Shown one piece after another: positions 41,401-49,400 of a stretch of DNA of 64,000 nt. The DNA is from Catajapyx aquilonaris. Lineage: Eukaryota. The stretch spans positions 1-64,000 of the forward strand of contig KZ538172.1 in NCBI GenBank assembly GCA_000934665.2, in the 5' to 3' direction. The notes beneath the pieces are model-generated. The model saw only the letters and a list, made by a program, of their open reading frames with translations, did no database searches and was not told the origin of the DNA. A program made the translations under genes and the position numbers. Within the stretch, counting starts at the first letter, position 1. Every line of letters starts with the position of its first letter.

Positions 41401-44218
41401 AACATTGGCAACCTTTATTTTTTTTAAATTTATGTGTTTCGATAATAATGTAGACCTACTACCAGAAGGGCATAACTGCAGCTATCTGCCTTTTAGAAGC
41501 AGTGGAATAAATAAACATAAACATAAATAAACCTCAAGTAAAGCATTACACCATTCAAAGTGACACACTATATGCCAAAAAAATGTTTCGGCCAAAAGTA
41601 TCCTGGCGTTGTAAGTACCGGTACCTTAACTCTCACCTTGCTCAAGTTCTGACAATTGTATAGCACTAGGGCCCCCTTGTGTACGAATCGTTTTGACATA
41701 CTGTACGAGTACGGGGGGGAGGTGTAGATGGCCGAGATGGTAACGTCTCGGCTTGCTGAGTGAAAGGCCCCAGGTTCGATCCCCACCTGGGGAACTTTCC
41801 TTTCACCTGCGTCAGGAGGGTCTCTGACCTGCACCAAGGAGGTGTCTGGCAACCTAACCTCCTGGGGAACAGCACATGACCCCTTTACTGACCTTGCACT
41901 TGCACCACATGTTCCCTCCTCAAAAATCCCTATCCTTACCATGTCCCTGTCTCCTTGCACCAGTGAGCGAAGAAAAATAGTACACAGTTACTAGAAAACT
42001 GATGGTGGTGTACCACCCCCCTAAAAAGGCTCCGTAAAAAACATACGAGTACGGTATATTAAATTAGCATGAACGTTAGGTTTCAACGTAAGTGGCACCG
42101 ACATTTTAAAATCTGCAACTAAAAAAATTACCAAATACAATATTCCTGTAGCTAATCTGCTACTTACTTATAATACGTGCAAGACCAATATTGAAGAGTA
42201 CAATGAAGCCTGACATGTTATGAGAAACACTTGCGTTCACAGTTATGTTGCATGCATGCTGATGTCAAACTTTGCTATTACAGAAGTGGTTAGCAAAATT
42301 GAAAAGTTACTTCCATATTCAGAGAACAGTTGATTCGCTCGGTGAGTGCAGCATGTGAGATCAATGAAGCATATGCGACTACTGGTTCCTAATTATGCAC
42401 AATGTAAGGGGCTACTTGGTGGCTATGCATGGATAGATTTTAGTTTTCGATATTTGGATATTATTTTGGAGAGATTGTTATCGTTAAAACGCAACACTGA
42501 CTTCCAATATGGAAGGCACTTTGCACTTACATAAAATGTAACATTAATTCGAGTCATATGAAATAAATGGCTTACAGTTCAATGACTCTAGATGGAATAG
42601 AATTTTATCGCAATGTCCAATTTTCTATTCGCAGCAGTCTGTATTATTGCACTTGCTTTGACAGTTACGCCGTATTTTCTCTGATAATAATGACGCTTAT
42701 AATGCCTCGGTGAAAAATCCGGCCGTGGTGGGAAAACACAACTGATCGAAGTATTTATCATACAAATGAAATCCTGTTTTTCCTCATAATTTTAAATGTG
42801 CGCTTTCCCCCTGCGTTTGGTAGACATTTTCAGCAATCCAAAATTACCCGCTTAATTTTCCATCAATGCAATGATCCGTTTAAGGTTTTGAACGCTTGCA
42901 GCATATGGCCAGATGTGAAGCCCATTAAGGTAAAGTTACCTATACCTGAAGCAAACATTTATTGAAAAATTGTAGTTATTTTCTTCTGGTTTTAGAGTAC
43001 CCGAGAGTAACATATACGGTATGTGAGGGGTTGTTCTTTTCAGTAGAAGTGACCATTTGCTACTTCTTTGCATTTCTTCTGCGAGCTATTCTAAATGAAG
43101 GCCTTGTTTACATTTTGTTGTTTACTTCTGAAAGGACCTCATGATCGGAGTCACTGCACATGAATAGGCTTCCACACATGACGTTATCAATCTACGTGGG
43201 TGGCAATGTGCCACCTGATGACCGGAGATGGAGAATGTGCATCAAATTATGTCATTTTTTATTTTTAAAACCTACGCAATTATCTAATCATGTATACAGT
43301 ATTATGAAAAGGGCGCTCTCCTGAAATACTTGTAAAATTGCCCACTCACAAGGGAAGTGTAAGTGTTGTCAGTGGAGTTTCTGAATGCAACTTGGCACAA
43401 TAATATAGGCAGGTAAGTTATTAAAGAAAATGCAAACAATTTAGGAGGATGCCCACAAGGTCAAAAGTTATGACCTCTCGAACTCACAAGGGACACTTTC
43501 CAAGGTCTCGCCGATTTTCTTGACATAGGGGATGAAAACGCACCTAAAGTGACCTGCTTTTTGGGGGCTATCAATGTACCGAATTTCAAGAAAATGGGCG
43601 AGTTTTCGGCATTTAAGACTTGCTCTGCCCCCCAAAAAGGGGTCACCAGGTCATTTTGAGCAGGTCACTTTAGGTGCGTTTTTCATCCCTTGGGGTGGCC
43701 TACCAATGTACCGAATTTCAAGAAAATTGGCGAGACCTTGGAAAGTGTCCCTTGTGAGTTTGAGAGGTCATAACTTTTGACCTTGTGGGCATCCGCCTAT
43801 ATTGTTTGCATTTTCTTTAATAACTTACCTGCCTATATTATTGTGCCAAGTTGCATACAGAAACTCCACTGACAACACTTACACTTCCCTTGTCAGATGG
43901 AGTTACTATGTTGTTTTAGAAGACGTTAATATATTAGTTGGCAGTACAGTATATCTCAAAACAAAAACCAGTCTTACCTCCATCCACTCTGTTGTTACTA
44001 ACATGATAGAAAACAGTTTTCCCGAGGCAACTTCGAAGTGCACATATAGAGTTTCAATTTCTCAACTTCGCTGGAACAAACATCCCATTTTCGTACCTGT
44101 GCTTCAAATATCCAGAAAGTAGATACTATCGAGACAAGAAAAGTTTCGCAGCACACCAAAAGCAGTACTATACAGGGTGAGTGGTACTCACCTTGGAAGC
44201 ATGGCTTGGAGCAGTCAT
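4046..44218 (-). CDS. OtopLa: Otopetrin proton channel, OtopLa-like (spliced gene, about 890-900 aa)
   Basis: GT-AG exon chain in consistent phase: 44218-44192, 28944-28792, 20866-20816, 16812-16490, 13999-13885, 12928-12800, 12403-12335, 10800-10632, 8707-8547, 8449-8284, 7743-7402, (5596-5549), 5255-5027, 4917-4494, 4418-4245, 4180-4046. Total 2667 nt without and 2715 nt with the 48-nt exon. Otopetrin motifs: HGSFFLRIGAIAFGLG, FGLMHVVATNICVW, PYLYPFIIEYSLIG, KPGRQVVTFLL, LPLCIFHRFHS. OtopLa label from recalled similarity (TSLFI..., FFTYLYGxSILFLLYVFC, FEIPFDSPC). The three most 5' exons are less certain. Confidence 0.9.
4245..4418 (-). CDS. OtopLa: OtopLa-like exon (VVIQMLFIAD...KPGRQVVTFLL...ANPVQ)
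   Basis: TAG acceptor, GTGAGT donor, 174 nt, phase 0-0. Confidence 0.95.
4494..4917 (-). CDS. OtopLa: OtopLa-like exon (YIDDD...VDCIGASKGLFFG...ILSVVQ)
   Basis: TTTTTTTACGCAG acceptor, GTATGA donor, 424 nt, phase 2-0; several hydrophobic TM segments. Confidence 0.95.
5027..5255 (-). CDS. OtopLa: OtopLa-like exon (PILPTL...CGRVNIMG...PYLYPFIIEYSLIG...GRNP)
   Basis: TTTGCAG acceptor, GTACTG donor, 229 nt, phase 1-2. Confidence 0.93.
5549..5596 (-). CDS. OtopLa: OtopLa-like 48-nt exon (AEDDYSDRPGFPSKRE)
   Basis: Branch-like CTAAT followed by GTTTATCCTCCCAACAG acceptor, AAG|GTTTGT donor, phase 1-1, open frame. Confidence 0.65.
6565..6918. mobile_element. GC-rich MITE
   Basis: TIR AAGGGCGTAGTCACT ... 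AGTGACTACCCCCTT (1 mismatch); internal CGGCTCTC / GAGAGCCG inverted sub-repeats. Confidence 0.7.
7402..7743 (-). CDS. OtopLa: OtopLa-like Thr/Ser/Pro-rich (mucin-like) loop exon
   Basis: Continues ...FMIL-E-GLRLLSMRR in phase 1; AAG acceptor; donor CGTG|GTGGGT inferred; 342 nt, phase 1-1; ACC-rich poly-Thr. Confidence 0.75.
7490..7620 (+). repeat. Imperfect (GGT)n trinucleotide repeat encoding poly-Thr on the minus strand
   Basis: Directly visible. Confidence 0.9.
8284..8449 (-). CDS. OtopLa: OtopLa-like exon (LNIHKFKVIARFGLMHVVATNICVW...EDFMIL)
   Basis: CTTGCAG acceptor, GTACGT donor, 166 nt, phase 0-1. Confidence 0.95.
8547..8707 (-). CDS. OtopLa: OtopLa-like exon (FGLGTMIYNGLEFG...QMYFIFMNSR)
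   Basis: CTTGCAG acceptor, GTGAGT donor, 161 nt, phase 1-0. Confidence 0.95.
10632..10800 (-). CDS. OtopLa: OtopLa-like exon (QSMLRNIRK...SHGSFFLRIGAI)
   Basis: TTTCCATTTTAG acceptor (NAGNAG), GTGAGT donor, 169 nt, phase 0-1. Confidence 0.9.
12335..12403 (-). CDS. OtopLa: OtopLa-like 69-nt exon (EGHHSGQYNVSEYERQVDDEQEE)
   Basis: CTTTTACTACATTAG acceptor, GAG|GTGAGT donor, phase 0-0. Confidence 0.75.
12800..12928 (-). CDS. OtopLa: OtopLa-like exon (GFFTYLYGASILFLLYVFCYLLQE...NIFQ)
   Basis: TTCCAG acceptor, CAG|GTACAG donor, 129 nt, phase 0-0. Confidence 0.92.
13020..13171. mobile_element. Small degenerate MITE
   Basis: About 34-bp imperfect inverted repeats with core AAAGAAYGATCTGACGTCAC. 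Confidence 0.55.
13885..13999 (-). CDS. OtopLa: OtopLa-like TM1 exon (TSLFIITSALYAKLVVVICIAYVISEVVTHNVPLHYYE)
   Basis: TTCCCTTAG acceptor, GTGAGT donor, 115 nt, phase 2-0. Confidence 0.95.
16490..16812 (-). CDS. OtopLa: OtopLa-like N-terminal charged exon (ITSGKPDNED...MGMNGMNVSTVE...TATLPIDKK...DPPR)
   Basis: Donor AGGAA|GTGAGT in phase 2 matches the next exon; acceptor CTCCACGACAG inferred; K/D/E-rich open frame. Confidence 0.85.
17163..17468 (+). mobile_element. tRNA-derived SINE, full length
   Basis: B-box GGTTCGAATCCC, (ATT)n tail, TSD AATACCCTTT(T)GAGGCAC on both sides. Confidence 0.9.
19869..20021 (+). mobile_element. 5'-truncated SINE
   Basis: ATAGGCCACAGCCGCTTCCTTCC core shared with the 17163 family, (ATT)n tail, TSD TTAGGATAGTAA. 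Confidence 0.8.
20151..20269. repeat. Near-perfect hairpin (51-bp arms)
   Basis: ATCGAGGCATACTG...GAATCT and its reverse complement, 3 mismatches, 17-nt loop. Confidence 0.9.
20816..20866 (-). CDS. OtopLa: OtopLa-like 51-nt N-terminal exon (EKDDDECTMNSDDTLVT)
   Basis: TAATCATAG acceptor, ACC|GTGAGT donor, phase 0-0. Confidence 0.65.
23400..23745 (-). mobile_element. Possible highly degraded non-LTR reverse transcriptase fragment
   Basis: One stop-interrupted frame reads ECGF...VKQLFIDFEA...TPVGVP*, resembling the LINE RT motifs QxGF, LFIDFxKAYD and GVPQG in the right order. Confidence 0.4.
25453..25593. mobile_element. MITE with TA TSD (Tc1/mariner-like)
   Basis: About 55-bp TIR CTATGGGGCTCAAA...CTTGAAGCAACC, flanked by TA on both sides; second copy at 40248. 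Confidence 0.85.
28792..28944 (-). CDS. OtopLa: OtopLa-like N-terminal exon (EMKERLLRHNREASL...TPVGTVVK)
   Basis: CCCTTACCTGCAG acceptor, AAG|GTAGCA donor, phase 0-0; a second acceptor at 28997 would expose an in-frame ATG at 28968. Confidence 0.65.
30578..30915. mobile_element. Foldback MITE with about 115-bp arms
   Basis: 30578-30693 is the reverse complement of 30792-30915, with small indels. Confidence 0.8.
32260..32311 (+). pseudogene. Tailless tRNA/SINE-head retrocopy
   Basis: A-box TAGCGCAGTGG and B-box-like GGATCGAATCCC between exact 15-bp direct repeats TAATGAACAATTTAT. Confidence 0.65.
33591..33851 (-). mobile_element. tRNA-derived SINE, same family as 17163
   Basis: Reverse complement matches 17163-17420 in head, GTGGTTTTCTG core and GATAACGGGGTATGAATT tail; TSD ATTAGCATTTT(T)AAT. 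Confidence 0.85.
33913..34171 (-). mobile_element. Non-autonomous Helitron (second family)
   Basis: 5' TC, 3' CTAG, hairpin ACCCGAGCAACGCCGGGT, A|T target; 3' end resembles the element at 69. Confidence 0.75.
36140..36330 (-). mobile_element. Possible degraded RTE-like LINE fragment
   Basis: EVKWRVGEAKTLF resembles the post-RT EIxxRIxxAxxAF motif; single motif only. Confidence 0.25.
40248..40381. mobile_element. MITE, same family as 25453
   Basis: Near-identical TIRs and spacer. Confidence 0.85.
41715..42043 (+). mobile_element. tRNA-derived SINE, different family
   Basis: A-box TGGCCGAGATGG, B-box GGTTCGATCCC, TSD TACGAGTACGG, tail similar to the 19869 element. Confidence 0.8.
43349..43892. 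mobile_element. Long-TIR foldback/MITE with 3-bp TSD (TCA)
   Basis: About 175-bp near-perfect arms starting CAAGGGAAGTGTAAGTG, plus an inner inverted block; TCA on both sides. Confidence 0.9.
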
Positions 44219-44405
44219 AGTTCCAGTGGATCCCCACTCAGCACACTTTCCAAGCACACTTAGCAGCACAGCAGAGTAGAAGTAGCGTAGTTAAAGGAGC
44301 AGGGGGTGTAAACAAGCGCACACCAACACACACAGACAGCGTGTCCAGAAGCCGCACCTGTTGCCTTATCCTAAGGCCAGTCGTACGTCTACGAAACCGC
44401 ACCGC
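44192..44405 (-). CDS. OtopLa: Putative OtopLa 5'UTR/start exon (ATG at 44218, MTAPSHASK)
   Basis: Strong acceptor TCTTTTACTTTCAG and donor AAG|GTGAGT; ATG gives 9 codons in phase 0, compatible with the 28944 exon. Confidence 0.5.
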
Positions 44406-46349
44406 CTGAAAGTAAAAGACATTACGATTGCGGATTATGCAAATTCGCATACATTTTTGCATATTTATCAAACCTTGACCGAATTTACAAGTTAACCTCA
44501 GAGTCTACCAATGGGAAAGTAATGCAGACTGCGTGATGCCTCTGGGTATGTCTAATGCAAAAGGCATCGATCCTTCTTCTTCCGGACATTAACCTTCTTC
44601 CTGAATGAAATTACACGTCTTTCCCACCCTCATTGTGCCCCTCGAATATTATCTTCCGGCTTCTTCCGGCAGAAGACCCTCAGCGACGATTAGCACGCCA
44701 AACGGGCATCTTTTATACCCGCCTTCCCCTCTCCATCCCCTAGGAGTTAGTTACTTTTTAGTCGAAAAAAAGTATCCTCGAATCGATGCCAACGGAGCAT
44801 GGAGGAGCACGCGTTCAACCCCCCCAACGCTACTCCACTCCTATAGGCCCGCCATCTACAAATGTTCAGCTTCAGAGAGTTTGCCTTTGCATTTCTTTGT
44901 CATGCTTATTATGCAGTCGGATACCTACAGCTGGGCTTGGTTGTAATTGTGCAAATTAATACACTGCTGGATCTAGTTCATTATGACTTCTAACGAATCT
45001 GGATGCACGCTATGCGCTCACGACTTTAAAAGTGAGAAAAAAAAATTTCACAAAACGATTTTGAGAATAATAAAATCTCTGGGATATTAATTTTAAAACC
45101 TAAATATGACGAAATATAGTGCCGGATATATATTTCCGGTAGAGTAGATTGTATTTCATCGCTTCTCACTCACAATAGATTGTATGCCAAATATAGTACA
45201 TTGCCAAAGCTGTAATCAGGCCCAGTAACCCGGCGGTATTTAGAAATGCAAAATAGGCTGTCCGAAGCTTTGCATAAACGTAATGTTTTTGACTTTGGCA
45301 CATGTCCATGTACTATACAAACCAAACGTAATTTAATCCTACTTGTCGATACAAGCGAGTCTGCTTTCACGTAGCCAGAAATCGGATGCGGTAATTGTTT
45401 GCAAGCCGGTTGCAAAATCCTCCGAGGTCAAAATCCGCCCAAAGCTGTTTCAAGGTTGGAGGAGCACGCCTTCGTGATCCAAATCCACTCTACCTGCCGT
45501 CTACTTAATACCTGAATCAGTTTTTTTAAAAAAAATTAGCAAGTGCCCCTAACATCTTGATGTCATGGCGAAATGGATCCTGCTGGCTGCAGGGCAGGTG
45601 GTCACCTTTTGCTAAAATATATGCAAATAATTTGCGATAAGGTAGGGCAAAGTGTGGTAATAGCAACCTTGGTGTGAAACGAGTTTGAGGACCTTCACAA
45701 GGGGTCATTGTGATCTTCGAACACCTTCCCACTTATTAGTGGAATTGGCCTCAGAAAATCTAGATTCTGGTCCAAGCTGGCCCAAAAAGAGACCTCGACC
45801 TGATTGTGGTTCTATCGGCCCACAGATCTGACCACTCTATGCTCTTATAGTCTGGGTCTGTATAAGTCATTCATGGCTGACACAGACCCTTTTCTTGTGA
45901 CTACACGTGCTTCCGGGGCACTCTTGTTGGCCAATCAGCACCGGAAGATGTCATTGGTGCACTATATCAGCCACCATAATACGGTATAACCAAATTTGAA
46001 GTAGGTTTCATGGCCTGTTTGTCAATAATTATTTGGGAGGGGCTTGATCAAAAAAAAAAATGTTGCCTAATTTCATATTACCACAGCTAATTGACTCATT
46101 TGTAAGCGACGACCTTGTGTGCTTACCTGTGGCAAGTTTGTCATGTCGCATTCATGCATCAATAATAATCTGTCATCGATTTTCTGCACCAAATTGTAAT
46201 AAGCTTTATCATAATACAATACAGCCAGATCAATTTACACACACACAAAAATATTTGAACACATCCAATCATCATTAATGAACATGTATAGTGTACCTGA
46301 TATTCAAATGAGTGGTATACCATGCAAAAAGGATTAGTAACTGGCTTAC

Positions 46350-46400
46350 CTTGTTCTTGAAGCCCGCAAGTTGAGCAACAACAAACTAAAGAGTAGTCTG
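46350..46400 (-). promoter_or_regulatory. Putative non-coding first exon / TSS of the OtopLa-like gene
   Basis: Donor AAG|GTAAGC at 46349; Inr-like TTAGTT near 46388; G-rich tract directly upstream. Confidence 0.35.
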
Positions 46401-49400
46401 AGTTCTTCGGCGGTGGAAGAGCGTCCTCATCCATCCAACCAACCAACCCTCCCAACAACCAACCCTCACGACCCCCACCCCCTTTACCCTCATCCCCCTC
46501 ATACCCCCCGTCAACCAACCTTTTTTCACTCCTCCCTCCCCCATGCTCCCTACACCAATGTTGCCAAATCTTACACACACTCCACGTGCATATGATATTC
46601 CGGACATTCATATAAAATCACATGTTCCTATTTTTAGAGAGAGAAAAAATACCAAAAAATATTGGCGACAACATGGGATAAACGGGGGTCAAAACTAAGG
46701 ACATCTGTCAGTTTAATTTATGGAAATGATAGGAACGGAAAGAGCGTTTATCTACCGCGAAGTGACGCACAAACATGTTTTCTATCATGAAGGGCAGTGT
46801 GCTTTCTGGTCGGAACTGGTGACCATCATGATGCACATGTCGCAAAATGCAACGAAGCTTAAGATAAACACAGATTGCTCAGCTAAAGGACTGGATGGAT
46901 CTGGTCAAAGTTCTGGTAGACCTGATGGGAACATGGTGCGATAGTCATTTTCAGCCAGATTTCTAGGAAAACCGTACTCTTTCGGGGGTTCCTTTTGGCA
47001 CACTGAGCAATGAGTCGAGGGCAATTTGGGGGGGGGGGGGGGTTAGACAGATTTACGAGTCAAAAACTGTTTAGGGCAGTTATGGCCTTCCATTCGTGTC
47101 CACTCCATTTTTAGTCCTTGGCCGTTAGTTGGTCGTAAAGGGATGGAGCGGAAAGTATGCATGAACTTTTATGGAAAAGTGCGTGCTGTGCGAGAAAAGT
47201 CCATTGCCCTGAAGCGTGAGGCCGGAGACTCAGGTTGCAGATTTACAAATGGAAACTGGTGCTGAAGAGCAGAAGGAAATGGATGTGGTGGGGCCAGAAG
47301 CATCTATATCATTGCCCTGTTCCGGCAAGCTCCCGCTTTTAGACCGCCTGAATCAAGAGAAGCCTTTACAAATAGGAGGTATCACTAGTTGGCCAGTGCT
47401 TTGTGAATACGTAGATTACAAATTCAATCGATTGGTTGCGATCGATGATGGAAATGCTAATTATTTTGGGCATTTTTACTGTATGCAGTGGCAACTTGGA
47501 CCTGAGGGGATATGGCGTGCCATCAGCAGCTTTCAATAAAAATTGGAAGCATAGTACTAACTGTAGTACACAGTTTATAAAATTTTTATTTCTCATCCAG
47601 ATTGTATGGTTACTATGGTACTGTACGAGATGGCTTTGTTTGCAACATGCCTAAGGCGCTCATCGATTTGAAGACAAAAAGCAATCTTTCCAACAGGGAT
47701 ATTGTGTGACAGTGTACTTCATTTACCTAATGACAAATTGCCTTAAGCAGCTTTTAACAATCCGGATCCGCCGCGTCTGATTTTCGATGCAGAACTAGTT
47801 GCACAATATCATTAAATTTTTAATAACTCTGTGCACACCGATACGCAAATCCACTTTTATCGCAAATTTGATGCGCTCAGCTTTTAGAAACATATCCCAT
47901 TTGCCAATAAACAGTATCGGATGGTATATACCGGTATCTGTTTTTTGTGACCATGCTCCACGCGGTCGTGTGCGCATGCATTGCTCTAAGTTCCGCGCTC
48001 TTTCAAAAAAGCACATTTTACACGCTTTGTTACAAACCCACAAAAGCATCATATTTGGACACATGACTCTCACTATATAATAATAAAATTCATTGAACTC
48101 TACAAAAACATGCTAGTCGATATACTAGATAGCTCACCCCCTCTGGAGGGCACCTCTTAACAATGGTCCTTCCTGTGTCAGACCCCCCTCCAGATGACAA
48201 ATACGGTATGGGAGCGTGGGGCCCGGAGCTTATGCCGTGCCACACACCGAAGAAATAGTGGGTAGTTGCATGTGCGTGGGGCCAAAGCAGCCCAACCAAC
48301 CAGCCAACCAACGGCTGGTCCTCTTCGATCCGTCCAATTCCGAACGCGTGCGTTGCCTTGTCCCAATGCGCGCAGCTACACTATAATAATATGACACTTG
48401 CCAGACTTTCCCCCCAACCATTGCTAACTATTGCTTCAGACAGCTGGGCGCTTCCAGCCTACAGTTGTTCATATGAGATACGTGATAGTATGACCCCTTC
48501 TGATTATTATTAAATGGCGATCGTGGCCTAGCGGGAGTGGTTAGACATCTTAGGGCACTCACTGATTCATTGGATGTTGGAATGATCACGCGATTTTTGG
48601 ATTTTTGTCCAGGTACAGGGACATCTGATTAATCGAGGGAGTCGGAAATTAGCAATATTATCAGGCCCAGATGTAATGTGCGTGACAAGTCAACGTCAAG
48701 TTTTCATCTAGAGTATTTTTTTTTTGGATAGGGATGAAAAAGATGGCTGCTAGATTTTTGGGTGTGGTAGTTGCGTGGCTGATATTGTCGAATCGATAGT
48801 CAAGTGCACGCGCTTAGTACGCGTGTGCGTGAGTTTTCCCTGGGAATAACAGGCCAGCTGCATCGATCCTCTCTTCTTTTTTCCTTCTGCTTCTCCTTCT
48901 CCTCCGGTTTTTGGTACCACCACCCACCACCCAGTCCTCCACATCTAATTGCCTTTTATTCGCCTCCGCAAGCAGCCGCCACTTTCCAGGGGCTATACAC
49001 TGCATATTCAATCCTATAGTTCTAGTCTCTAACTCTATTCGGGTATCCAATTAACTCCTCCACTTTTTCACATTTTTTGGGGACAAGTCGAGCTAATTTC
49101 AAAAGAGCCTGTCTCAGCAATTTTTTTTTGCCTGACGGGTATTAATCTCGGAAAGTAGCTAATATTAGGGGGCTTTCAGTTCATTATTGGCGTTTTTGTT
49201 TCATTGATTTTGCGCGGAATATTAATGTCACTTGCAGGTTTTTAATGTGCTTCCTGCTGCGTTCAATCGAATGTGTATGATTTGTTTGGACAGAATGGGC
49301 AGTCATTACTTTCTGATGTATGGATTAGGCACTAGAAATTAATTGTTACTGTTCAAATTGAATGGCAATAATTGCGTGGCTTTTCCAACCTGTTATGACC

